NCBI RefSeq assembly: GCF_014252315.1
Contig: NZ_CP059216.1
Coordinates: 508,038-540,037 of the forward strand
Direction: 5' to 3'
DNA: 32,000 nucleotides
Source of the DNA: Candidatus Saccharimonadota bacterium
Lineage (GTDB): Bacteria > Bacteroidota > Bacteroidia > Flavobacteriales > Blattabacteriaceae
The translations under genes were made by a program, and so were the position numbers. This document shows positions 16,224-26,935 of the stretch, one piece after another (positions within the stretch are counted from its first letter, which is position 1; every line of letters begins with the position of its first letter). The notes under the pieces were generated by a model. The model did not search any database and had not been told where the DNA came from. It worked only from the letters and a program-made list of their open reading frames with translations.

Positions 16224-16964
16224 ATGTTTAATAAAAAAAAAATTAGATTAAATCATTATTTATCTTATGCTGGAATAGCTTCAAGAAGAAAATCTGATAA
16301 ATTAATTCAATCAGGAATAGTTGAAGTTAATAACAAACCAATATATCAATTAGGATATACTATTAATATAGATCATGATGTAGTAAAATTTAATGGGGAA
16401 AAAATTGTTATAAAAAATAGAATATATATATTACTAAATAAACCAAAAGGATTTATTACAACAACAAAAGATAAATTTTATAGAAAAACAATAATGGATT
16501 TGATTCCAAATTATTATTACAAATACAAATTATTCCCAGTGGGAAGATTAGATTTATCTACAACAGGAATTTTGCTTATTACAAATGATGGTATTTTATC
16601 TCAGATGTTAACTCATCCAAAATATCATGTACAAAAAATTTATAAAGTTATTTTAAATAAAACAATTAAAATTCAAGATTTAAATATAATTGAAAAAGGT
16701 AATTTATATTTAAAAGAAGGAAGAGTAAGAATAAATTTTATAAAAAGATTAAAAAGAAATGAAATTAAAATAGGATTATGTATAGGATGGAACAGAATTA
16801 TTAAAAGAATTTTTAATAAATTAAATTATAAAGTAGTTAGATTAGATAGAATTGCTTTTGGTAATCTTTATAAAAAAAATATTAGTGTAGGAGATTTTCG
16901 TTTTTTACAAAAAAATGAAATAATGAAAATATGGAAAAATAATGAAAAAAATAAATATTATTAA
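16224..16964 (+). CDS. rluB: Pseudouridine synthase, RsuA/RluB family (S4 domain + catalytic domain)
   Basis: 246 aa. N-terminal S4 RNA-binding domain (RLNHYLSYAGIASRRKSDKLIQSGIVEVNNK) and catalytic motif PVGRLDLSTTGILLITNDG with the conserved Asp. Confidence 0.85.
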   Translation: MFNKKKIRLNHYLSYAGIASRRKSDKLIQSGIVEVNNKPIYQLGYTINIDHDVVKFNGEKIVIKNRIYILLNKPKGFITTTKDKFYRKTIMDLIPNYYYKYKLFPVGRLDLSTTGILLITNDGILSQMLTHPKYHVQKIYKVILNKTIKIQDLNIIEKGNLYLKEGRVRINFIKRLKRNEIKIGLCIGWNRIIKRIFNKLNYKVVRLDRIAFGNLYKKNISVGDFRFLQKNEIMKIWKNNEKNKYY

Positions 16965-17367
16965 TGGTCCTAATTTAAACTTATTAGGAATAAGAGAAAT
17001 AGATTTATATGGTAAAATTAATTTTAATGATTATCTTAATGAATTAAGAAAAAAAAATTTATTTAAAAAAATAAATATTGATTATTATCAAAATAATTGT
17101 GAAGGTAAAATTATAGATTTTTTACATAAAATAGGATTTGAATCAGATGGAATTATTTTAAATGCTGGTGCATACACTCATACTTCTATAGGAATTTCTG
17201 ATGCAATTAAATCAATATCAACTCCTGTAATAGAAGTTCATATTTCTAATATTCATTCTAGAGAAAGTTTTAGAAAAAAATCATATATTACTTCTGTATG
17301 TAAAGGTACTATTTTTGGATTTGGATTAAAATCTTATGAATTAGGTATTATTAGTTTTTGTTTATAA
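16942..17367 (+). CDS. aroQ: 3-dehydroquinate dehydratase, type II
   Basis: 141 aa. INGPNLNLLG.RE, NAGAYTHTS and EVHISN motifs. Overlaps the rluB-type gene by 23 nt. Confidence 0.95.
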   Translation: MKKINIINGPNLNLLGIREIDLYGKINFNDYLNELRKKNLFKKINIDYYQNNCEGKIIDFLHKIGFESDGIILNAGAYTHTSIGISDAIKSISTPVIEVHISNIHSRESFRKKSYITSVCKGTIFGFGLKSYELGIISFCL

Positions 17368-17372
17368 ATTAT

Positions 17373-18125
17373 TTATTTTATTAAAATAAGTTTAGATAAC
17401 CATTTTTCTAAAATATATATAAATTTTTTTGGATGTTCCATCATAGGAACATGTCCACATCTATCTATCCAATATATATCTGATTTTGGAAGTAATTTAT
17501 GAAATAATTTTGCTACATGTGGAGGGGTAATATTATCTTGTTTTCCCCATATAATACAAATAGGTTTATTAATTCTACACAAAAACTTAGACATATTACA
17601 TTTTATTGCACTTCTTGCTATATATAATATTTTAATACTTTTTCTTTTATCATTTACAATACTGTATATATCATCAACCAATTTTTTAGTAGCTATTTTA
17701 GGATTATAAAAAACTTCTTGAGATTTTTTTTTAATATATTCATAGTTTTCTCTTTTTGGAAAAGATTCTCCGAAAGATTTTTCGAATAAACCTGAACTTC
17801 CAGTTAACACAATAGAATGAACTAAATTTAATCTATATTTTGCTATAATTAAAGCTATATGACCTCCTAAAGAATTTCCTATAAAAGTAGCTTTTTTAAT
17901 TCCAATATCTGTTAAAAAATTTATTACATATTTTGATAAAGAAAATACATTTGTTGAAAATAAAGGCATATTATAAATAGGTAATAAAGGCATAATAACT
18001 TTAAACCCTTTTTTTGGAAAAAAATTTATAAGTGATTCAAAGTTACTTAATCCCCCCATTAATCCATGTAATAATACTAAAGGATGACCATTACCTTTTA
18101 TTATATGATTTTTTTTTTCTATCAT
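17373..18125 (-). CDS. Alpha/beta-fold hydrolase (unknown substrate)
   Basis: 250 aa. HGLMGG oxyanion region, nucleophile elbow GNSLGG and C-terminal catalytic His (CGHVPMMEHP). The start overlaps the rnc stop by 1 nt (TAATG). Confidence 0.8.
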   Translation of the reverse strand: MIEKKNHIIKGNGHPLVLLHGLMGGLSNFESLINFFPKKGFKVIMPLLPIYNMPLFSTNVFSLSKYVINFLTDIGIKKATFIGNSLGGHIALIIAKYRLNLVHSIVLTGSSGLFEKSFGESFPKRENYEYIKKKSQEVFYNPKIATKKLVDDIYSIVNDKRKSIKILYIARSAIKCNMSKFLCRINKPICIIWGKQDNITPPHVAKLFHKLLPKSDIYWIDRCGHVPMMEHPKKFIYILEKWLSKLILIK

Positions 18126-18853
18126 TAAAAATTTTTTTGTATTTCTTCTTTTATTCTTTTTTTAACAATATAATAAGCATTTTTTGCCGCCATTTCCTCT
18201 GATTTTTTTTTTGAATATCCTCTACCTTTAGAAAAAATATCAGAATCTAATACTTGAAATTCAGATAAATAAATAATTTTATTTTTTCTTTTTTCTGTTC
18301 TTTCAATACAAGTTTTAAAACTTGTAAAAAACTTGTTTTTTTGACACCATTCCATAATCCATACTTTATAGCTAAAAATCTCTTTTTGTAATTTTTTTAT
18401 ATTTATATGATCATGTAATATTTTTTTATATATAAAATTTTTACACCCTTCATTTCCTATTTCTATATATAGAAATCCTATTAATGCCTCAAGTGTGTTT
18501 CCTAATACATTATTATTATATATAATAGTTTTATCAGAAAAAATATTATCCATAGATAATTTTTTAGAAATATCATTAAGATTTTTTCTGCACACAATTT
18601 TAGACCTTATTTGAGTTAATTCCCCTTCTTTTTTATTTGGTAAATTTTCATATAAAAAATGAGATATTATAGTATTTAATACTGAATCTCCTAAAAATTC
18701 TAATCTTTGAAAATTTATAGAATAATTTTTATTTAAATTTCTTTTTCTTGATGAAAAATTATATATAAAAACTTCCTTTAAAAGGTTTATATTTCTAGGT
18801 ATAAATCCAAGTATTTCATTTATTTTATTAATTAACAAAATATCTCTATTCAT
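18125..18853 (-). CDS. rnc: Ribonuclease III
   Basis: 242 aa. RNase III signature FQRLEFLGDSVL, a second acidic motif (NTLEALIGFLY) and a C-terminal dsRBD (GRGYSKKKSEEMAAKNAY). Confidence 0.9.
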   Translation of the reverse strand: MNRDILLINKINEILGFIPRNINLLKEVFIYNFSSRKRNLNKNYSINFQRLEFLGDSVLNTIISHFLYENLPNKKEGELTQIRSKIVCRKNLNDISKKLSMDNIFSDKTIIYNNNVLGNTLEALIGFLYIEIGNEGCKNFIYKKILHDHINIKKLQKEIFSYKVWIMEWCQKNKFFTSFKTCIERTEKRKNKIIYLSEFQVLDSDIFSKGRGYSKKKSEEMAAKNAYYIVKKRIKEEIQKNF

Positions 18854-18886
18854 TTTATTTATATTATAAAATTATAATTATTATTG

Positions 18887-20161
18887 TTAAGTAACATTTA
18901 TTTTTTTAAATAAAATGCAAACGTTATGTCCTCCAAATCCAAAAGTATTACACATACTAATATTAACTTTTTTCTTTAAAGATTTATTTGGAATAAAATT
19001 TATTTTTGGATCTATATTTTCATCAACTTTATCCAAATTAATAGTTGGAGGAATAATTCCTCTTGTTAAAGGTAGAATAGTTGCTATACATTCTACAACT
19101 CCAGCAGCACCTAATAAATGTCCTGTCATAGATTTTGTAGAATTTATATTTATTTTGTATACATTTTCTTTAAACACTTTTTTAATAGCTTTTATCTCTG
19201 CTATATCACCAAGTTTTGTAGATGTTCCATGAGAATTTATATAATCTATATCTTTATATTTAATTTTTGCATCATTTATAGCTGATTTTATCGCTAATAT
19301 AATTCCTATTCCTTCTGGATGTGGAGCTGTTATATGATATGCATCTCCAGACATACCAACTCCACCTAATTCTGCATATATTTTAGCTCCTCTTTCTTTA
19401 GCATGTTTATATTCCTCAAGAACAAGACATCCAGCTCCTTCTCCTAAGACAAATCCATCTCTATCCTTATCAAAAGGACGTGAAGCTGTTTTATATTCCA
19501 TATTTTTTGTAGATAATGCATTCAATGCATTAAATCCTCCAACTCCACTTTGTGTAATTGCAGCTTCTGATCCTCCTGCTATCATAATATCAGCTTTTCC
19601 TAAACAAATTAAATGATAAGCATCTACTATTGCATTAGAAGATGATGCACAAGAAGAAACTGTCGCATAATTAGGTCCATGTAATCCATAATTTATAGAT
19701 ATAAATCCTGCAGTAATATCTATCAACATTTTTGGTATAAAAAAAGGACTAAATCTAGGATAAAAACCATTATTTACATAATTTGTAATAGATTTTTCTA
19801 AATTTAATAATCCACCAATTCCAGAAGACCAAATTACACCTATCCTATCTCTTTTCTCTTTAGAAAAATCTATCATACTATTTTTTATAGCTTCTTCAGA
19901 TGCAATAATTCCATATTGTGCACAAGGATCTAATTTATTTATTTCTTTTTTGCTAAAAAAAATATTTGGATCATAATTCTTTAATTCACAAGCAAATTTA
20001 GTTTTATATTTTTTAGTATTAAAATAAGTAATAGGTGCAGATCCACTTTTTCCACTTATAAGAGAAATCCAATAATCTTCAACATTGTTCCCTATAGGAG
20101 TAATCGTTCCTATTCCAGTAATAACTACTTTTTTTAAGTTACATTTATGATTATACATCAT
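18887..20161 (-). CDS. fabF: 3-oxoacyl-[acyl-carrier-protein] synthase II
   Basis: 424 aa. Active-site Cys context (ATVSSCASSSNAI) and the two His motifs (YINSHGTST, KSMTGHLLGAAG) of the KAS II family. Downstream of acpP. Confidence 0.95.
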   Translation of the reverse strand: MMYNHKCNLKKVVITGIGTITPIGNNVEDYWISLISGKSGSAPITYFNTKKYKTKFACELKNYDPNIFFSKKEINKLDPCAQYGIIASEEAIKNSMIDFSKEKRDRIGVIWSSGIGGLLNLEKSITNYVNNGFYPRFSPFFIPKMLIDITAGFISINYGLHGPNYATVSSCASSSNAIVDAYHLICLGKADIMIAGGSEAAITQSGVGGFNALNALSTKNMEYKTASRPFDKDRDGFVLGEGAGCLVLEEYKHAKERGAKIYAELGGVGMSGDAYHITAPHPEGIGIILAIKSAINDAKIKYKDIDYINSHGTSTKLGDIAEIKAIKKVFKENVYKININSTKSMTGHLLGAAGVVECIATILPLTRGIIPPTINLDKVDENIDPKINFIPNKSLKKKVNISMCNTFGFGGHNVCILFKKINVT

Positions 20162-20190
20162 TAAAATATACAGAAATTTATTGCTAAATA

Positions 20191-20436
20191 TTAGTGTTTT
20201 TCTTTTAATAAAGTTTCTATAGCATTAACAGCTTCTCCTACTGTTGTTATTTTTTCTGCTACTTCGTCAGATATATTAATATTAAATTCTTTTTCAAATT
20301 CCATGATAAGTTCTACTATATCTAAAGAATCTGCTCCTAGATCGTTAGTAAAACTAGAATTAGGATGTATATTATTTTCTTCTACACTTAATTTGTCTAC
20401 AATAAGAGCATTGACTCTAGATGCTACGTTAGACAT
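20191..20436 (-). CDS. acpP: Acyl carrier protein
   Basis: 81 aa. Phosphopantetheine attachment motif [16 protein letters not shown]. Confidence 0.95.
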   Translation of the reverse strand: MSNVASRVNALIVDKLSVEENNIHPNSSFTNDLGADSLDIVELIMEFEKEFNINISDEVAEKITTVGEAVNAIETLLKEKH

Positions 20437-20462
20437 AGTTTTATATTTTTTATTATTACATG

Positions 20463-20470
20463 CAAAAGTA
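20463..20470 (-). promoter_or_regulatory. Candidate -7 promoter box (TACTTTTG on the minus strand) for acpP-fabF-rnc
   Basis: Plus-strand CAAAAGTA, 26 nt upstream of the acpP ATG in the 166-bp spacer. It forms the left arm of a 6-bp/7-nt-loop hairpin (20463-20481). Confidence 0.35.
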
Positions 20471-20602
20471 GTAAACTTTTGTAAATCATATATAGATTTG
20501 ATTTATCTTACGAATAAAATATAATATTTTTTAATTAAAATTATTATATAATTATATTTTTTTAACAAAAATTATTTAATTATATATAATTTATAATTAT
20601 TT

Positions 20603-21214
20603 TTATGTATAATCTATAATTGTGATATTAGTTTCAATAAACTTATTTATATATTTTCCAAGTATATCAAATTCTATATTTACAATATCTCCAATTTTTA
20701 AAAATTGGAAATTTGTTTTTATATAAGTATACAAAATAATAGATACACTTACTGTATATTTATTACAGTCATTTACAGTTAAACTAACTCCATTTATAGC
20801 AATTGATCCTTTTTTTACAACGTTATTAGATAATTTATTTTTAAATTTTATAATAAATAACCAGCTTCCATTTTTTTTTAAAATATTTATAATTTTAGCT
20901 GTTGTATCTATATGTCCTTGTACTATATGCCCCTCTATTCTTCCTTTTAAAAATAAACTTCTTTCTAAATTTACTTTATCTCCAATTTTTAAATAATTTA
21001 AATTAGTACAAGATAAAGTTTCTTTAGATGCTGTTACTGAATAATTTTTTTTATAAATATTTACAATTGTTAAACATATTCCATTATGGGATATACTTTG
21101 ATTTATTTTAATTTTATTATTAAATGGATTAGTAAAAATCATATGAAGATTTTTATTTATATCATAATATAATTTGTATACTTCTGTAACAGATTCTATA
21201 ATTCCAGTAAACAT
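20603..21214 (-). CDS. ribE: Riboflavin synthase (alpha chain)
   Basis: 203 aa. MFTGIIE N-terminus and two lumazine-binding repeats (SHNGICLTIV / AINGVSLTVN). Confidence 0.9.
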   Translation of the reverse strand: MFTGIIESVTEVYKLYYDINKNLHMIFTNPFNNKIKINQSISHNGICLTIVNIYKKNYSVTASKETLSCTNLNYLKIGDKVNLERSLFLKGRIEGHIVQGHIDTTAKIINILKKNGSWLFIIKFKNKLSNNVVKKGSIAINGVSLTVNDCNKYTVSVSIILYTYIKTNFQFLKIGDIVNIEFDILGKYINKFIETNITIIDYT

Positions 21215-21228
21215 AATATTTTTTAATC

Positions 21229-21405
21229 ATGAATAAAATTAAAGTAGGATTTACAATAGGATATATAAATGGTATAGGAATGGAAATTTTTCTAAAAGTA
21301 TATAAAAATAAAAGATTATTAGAAATTTTCACTCCAGTATTGTTTGGATCAATTAATTTATGTAATTATTATAAAAAAAAAATAGAAAAAAATATAAACA
21401 ATTAA
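21229..21405 (+). pseudogene. pdxA: Truncated relic of pdxA (4-hydroxythreonine-4-phosphate dehydrogenase): only about 58 N-terminal codons remain
   Basis: ATG 21229, TAA 21403-21405. MNKIKVGFTIGYINGIGMEIFLKVYKNKRLLEIFTPVLFGS... resembles the PdxA N-terminus (I.IT.GDP.GIGPEI....... P.I.G), but with GD changed to GY. Full-length PdxA is roughly 330-350 aa, and atpC begins 20 nt further on the other strand, so the rest is deleted. Confidence 0.55.
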
Positions 21406-21425
21406 TATTTCATAACAAATAAAAT

Positions 21426-23194
<1,769 letters not shown>

Positions 23195-23259
23195 TTATTT
23201 AAATTAAATATTTTAATTATTATTCATTTTAAAATTAAAGTATTAAAAAATAATTAGTT

Positions 23260-24198
23260 TTGAAAATTTATTCTTTTATTGATGAATTTTATTCTACATA
23301 TCCATGTATATTTACTATTGGTATTTTTGATGGAGTTCATATAGGACATAAAAAATTAATTCAACATTTGATATTTAAATCAAATAAAAAATATTCTTCA
23401 GTTTTACTTACTTTTAATCCACATCCAAAAGAAATATTAAATCCAAATAAAAATTTTTTTTATTTAAACACTTTAAGTGAAAGAATAAATAATATAAAAA
23501 AAATTGGACTGGAACATCTTATTATACATCCTTTTACAAGAAAATTTTCAAATTTAACTATAACAGATTTTTTTAAAAAAATTTCTAATTCTAGATTTTG
23601 TTTTAAAAAAATTTTATTAGGATATGATTTTAATATAGGAAAAAATAATAATAATTCTTTTAAAATTTTAAAAGAATTATCAAATAATATAGGATTAAAA
23701 TTATATAAATTAAATCCATATAAAATTGATAATGAAATAATTAGTTCTACTAAAATACGAGAATCTATTACATTAGGTAATTTAGAATGGGCTAATAAAG
23801 CGTTAGGTTATTATTATACTTTATTTGGATATGTTACAATAGGTAAAAAAATAGGAAGAACATTAAATTTTCCAACAGCAAATTTAATAATAAATAAAAA
23901 AAAATTAATTCCAAAAAATGGAGTATATGCTGTAAAAGTTATATATGAAAATTCTATATATAAAGGAATGATGAATATTGGAACTAATCCAACTGTTGAT
24001 ATTAATAATCACAAAATTAAAATAGAAGTTAATATATTTAATTTCAATAAAAATATATACAATAAAAAAATTAAAATTTTAATTATTAAAATGATTCGTA
24101 AAGAATTAAAATTTTTATCTATAAATGAATTAAAAAAACAGATAATTAAAGATAAATCTTTAATAAAACATCTTTTTATAAAAAAAACATTTTTGTAA
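23260..24198 (+). CDS. ribF: Bifunctional riboflavin kinase / FMN adenylyltransferase
   Basis: 312 aa, TTG start at 23260. FAD synthetase motif TIGIFDGVHIGH and riboflavin kinase domain (FPTANL..., GMMNIGTNPT). Confidence 0.9.
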   Translation: MKIYSFIDEFYSTYPCIFTIGIFDGVHIGHKKLIQHLIFKSNKKYSSVLLTFNPHPKEILNPNKNFFYLNTLSERINNIKKIGLEHLIIHPFTRKFSNLTITDFFKKISNSRFCFKKILLGYDFNIGKNNNNSFKILKELSNNIGLKLYKLNPYKIDNEIISSTKIRESITLGNLEWANKALGYYYTLFGYVTIGKKIGRTLNFPTANLIINKKKLIPKNGVYAVKVIYENSIYKGMMNIGTNPTVDINNHKIKIEVNIFNFNKNIYNKKIKILIIKMIRKELKFLSINELKKQIIKDKSLIKHLFIKKTFL

Positions 24199-24204
24199 TA
24201 TTAT

Positions 24205-26931
24205 ATGAATGATATGTTTAAAGATTTTCTTTATTCAAAAGAAAATTATAAAAAAAAAATAATATTAGTAACAAAAAATTATTATATTACAAACTTTTTT
24301 TATAAAAAATATAAAATTGATTTTTTTATTAAAAAAGGAATGAATATAACATTTTATACTATAAAAACTTTTCTTGAAATAGTTTCTGGATTAAGAATTA
24401 TTAATCAGTGTAAAACATTATCTATATTACTATTTTTAATAGAAAAAAATAATATTAATAAAAAAAAATTTAAAAATTTTATTAATCTAACACCTAAAAT
24501 TATAAATGATTTCCAAAATATTGATATTAATTTAATTAATATAGATAAATTTTTTAAATCTATTATTTTAGAAGAAAAAATTAGTAAATGGAGTATAAAT
24601 AAAAACCTTATATATAATAATAATATTATTTTATGGAAAAAAATTAATAAATATTATAAAATATTTCAAAATTTTTTATTAAAAAAAAATATTGCATATA
24701 AAGAATTATTATTTAGAAAAGGCCTTTGTAAATTAAATTATTTTTATCCTAAAAATTTAGGAAAAATTATTTTTTTTATTACAGAAGAAAAAAAATTAAA
24801 TAATTGGGAAAAAAAATTTGTAGATAAAATACTATTGCATAAAAAAGGATGCATTTATAATATAAATAAAAAAGAAATCATAAAAAATAGATTATATAAT
24901 AAATATGAAAATAACATACTTGTAAATACTAAAATAAATACTAAAAAATTAAAAATTATAAGCGTTTCAAAAGAAATAGAACAAATTAAAATTGTAGAAG
25001 ATTTAATACAAAAATTGTTGAAAAAAAATAATAAAATAAAAAAAATTTTATTATTATTAAGTGATATAAATTTATTAATTCCTATAATTGATTCATCTTT
25101 TATAAGAAATACAAAATTGAATATATTTTTTAATATTAATTATCCATTAAATATTATTCCTATTAATTACACTTTTATTTCTATATTTCATTTTCTATTA
25201 AATAAAGATAAAATTAATAATGTGGGGAACATAAATGTGTTTAATAAAAAAGATATAAAAAAAATATTATTAAACGGATATATAAAAAAATTATTCTTAA
25301 AAAAATTTCCCTATGAATTTATATTTAATAATAAATGTTATTCTGAGTTTATTAAAGAAGATGAAATAAAAAAATTTTTATTTAAAAATGATATTTGGAT
25401 AATACTTAAAACTAAAACAAATAACATTTATGATTTCATAAAAAAATTTTTAAGTTTTATCAGAAAATTTAAAAAAAAATTAATTGTTAAATCTAATAAA
25501 CATTTTTTAGAAATAAAATTTCTTTCAAAATTAGAATATTATATATACAAAATAAAATTTTTATTTAGAAAAAATAATTTTCTTTACAAAAAAATAAAAG
25601 ATATATATGATATATATAATTATTTTATAAATACAGAAAACATAAAATTTATTACTAATAACAAATTAAAAAAAAAACAAAAATCAAATGTATTATTATT
25701 TATAACTGAATTTAAAAAAACTATCATTAAAAAATTTGATATATCAATTATTACTTCTTTTAACTATAAAACAATTCCTCCTGTAAACAAAAAAAATAAT
25801 TTTACTATTGTTTCTGACAAAATAAAAAATAAACTAGAAATTGATAATTTCAACAATGAATACTATTTATTACATTTTGCTAGTATATGTAATTTTTCAA
25901 ACATGACTTATATAATTTATAAAAATTATCCAGATGAAATAAACTCAGGAGAAAAAAGCTATTGTATTAATTATATTATAGCTAATAACATAAATACTAA
26001 AATAATAAAAAAAACATTAAATTTTATTCCTAAAAAATACAACAAAAAATTTTTTTCAATAAAAAAAACAAAATCCGTTAATAAAAAATTATACAATTTT
26101 GGTATAAATGGAATATCTCCTACTTCTATTCATTTATATAATTATAATCCTATATTATTTTATTATAAAAAAATACTTGGTATAGATATAGAAAAAAAAT
26201 CTTATAAAAGTATATTAGGAGAAGTAATTCATAAAGTTTTACAAAAATTATATTCTTATTTTGAATCAAACAATTTCATAAATATATATGAAATAAATAA
26301 AATGAAAAAAAAAATAAAAAATATTATTAATGATACACTTATTAATTATAATTACAACAAAAATATATATTTAAATAATATTAATTATTCTTTACAAAAA
26401 TTCTTAATAAAAAATTATATAAATAAATTTATATCTTTAGATAAGAAATTTATTTATAATAAAAATAAAATTTTTATAAAAAATTTAGAATATAAAATAT
26501 CTATATGTTTAAATACAAAAAAATTAAATAAAATAGTATTACATGGGATTATAGATAGAATAGATAAATATAATGGAATAAATAGAATTATTGATTATAA
26601 AACAGGAAAATTAAAAAATAAAAATATGAACGTTTCATTAAATAATATTAAAGATATATTTGAAAATCCAATTAATAAAAATATCATGCAATTACTTTTT
26701 TATATATACTTATGGTTTAAATCAGATATAAAAAATAAAAATATGTTAATCTCTGCTTCAATTATATCATTAAATAATAAAAATTTTGTTATACAAACTC
26801 CTATAAGTTTTTTTAAAGAAAAAAAAACACAAATTTCCTATCAAGAATATAAAAAAAATTTTTTACCTTTTCTTATGAAAAGAATAACAGAAATTTTATA
26901 TTCAAAAAAATCAATAATAGAAAAATTATAA
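24205..26931 (+). CDS. PD-(D/E)XK nuclease superfamily protein (AddB/RecB-nuclease-like), highly diverged
   Basis: 908 aa, extremely K/N/I-rich. The only clearly recognisable element is the C-terminal RecB-type nuclease core, LHGIIDRIDKY....RIIDYKTGK followed by QLLFYIY (the QxxxY motif). Length and architecture resemble the ~900-aa AddB-like proteins of Flavobacteriia. Confidence 0.65.
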   Translation: MNDMFKDFLYSKENYKKKIILVTKNYYITNFFYKKYKIDFFIKKGMNITFYTIKTFLEIVSGLRIINQCKTLSILLFLIEKNNINKKKFKNFINLTPKIINDFQNIDINLINIDKFFKSIILEEKISKWSINKNLIYNNNIILWKKINKYYKIFQNFLLKKNIAYKELLFRKGLCKLNYFYPKNLGKIIFFITEEKKLNNWEKKFVDKILLHKKGCIYNINKKEIIKNRLYNKYENNILVNTKINTKKLKIISVSKEIEQIKIVEDLIQKLLKKNNKIKKILLLLSDINLLIPIIDSSFIRNTKLNIFFNINYPLNIIPINYTFISIFHFLLNKDKINNVGNINVFNKKDIKKILLNGYIKKLFLKKFPYEFIFNNKCYSEFIKEDEIKKFLFKNDIWIILKTKTNNIYDFIKKFLSFIRKFKKKLIVKSNKHFLEIKFLSKLEYYIYKIKFLFRKNNFLYKKIKDIYDIYNYFINTENIKFITNNKLKKKQKSNVLLFITEFKKTIIKKFDISIITSFNYKTIPPVNKKNNFTIVSDKIKNKLEIDNFNNEYYLLHFASICNFSNMTYIIYKNYPDEINSGEKSYCINYIIANNINTKIIKKTLNFIPKKYNKKFFSIKKTKSVNKKLYNFGINGISPTSIHLYNYNPILFYYKKILGIDIEKKSYKSILGEVIHKVLQKLYSYFESNNFINIYEINKMKKKIKNIINDTLINYNYNKNIYLNNINYSLQKFLIKNYINKFISLDKKFIYNKNKIFIKNLEYKISICLNTKKLNKIVLHGIIDRIDKYNGINRIIDYKTGKLKNKNMNVSLNNIKDIFENPINKNIMQLLFYIYLWFKSDIKNKNMLISASIISLNNKNFVIQTPISFFKEKKTQISYQEYKKNFLPFLMKRITEILYSKKSIIEKL

Positions 26932-26935
26932 AAAA

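Noticed and set aside
23255-23262. TAGTTTTG match to the -7 promoter consensus upstream of ribF.
   Set aside because: The motif's last three bases are the ribF TTG start codon itself (23260-23262). The N-terminus MKIYSFIDEF...TIGIFDGVHIGH looks complete, so the box cannot serve this start. It is probably a chance match. A near-match (TTATTTTG, minus strand, 23079-23086) was likewise not counted for atpD.
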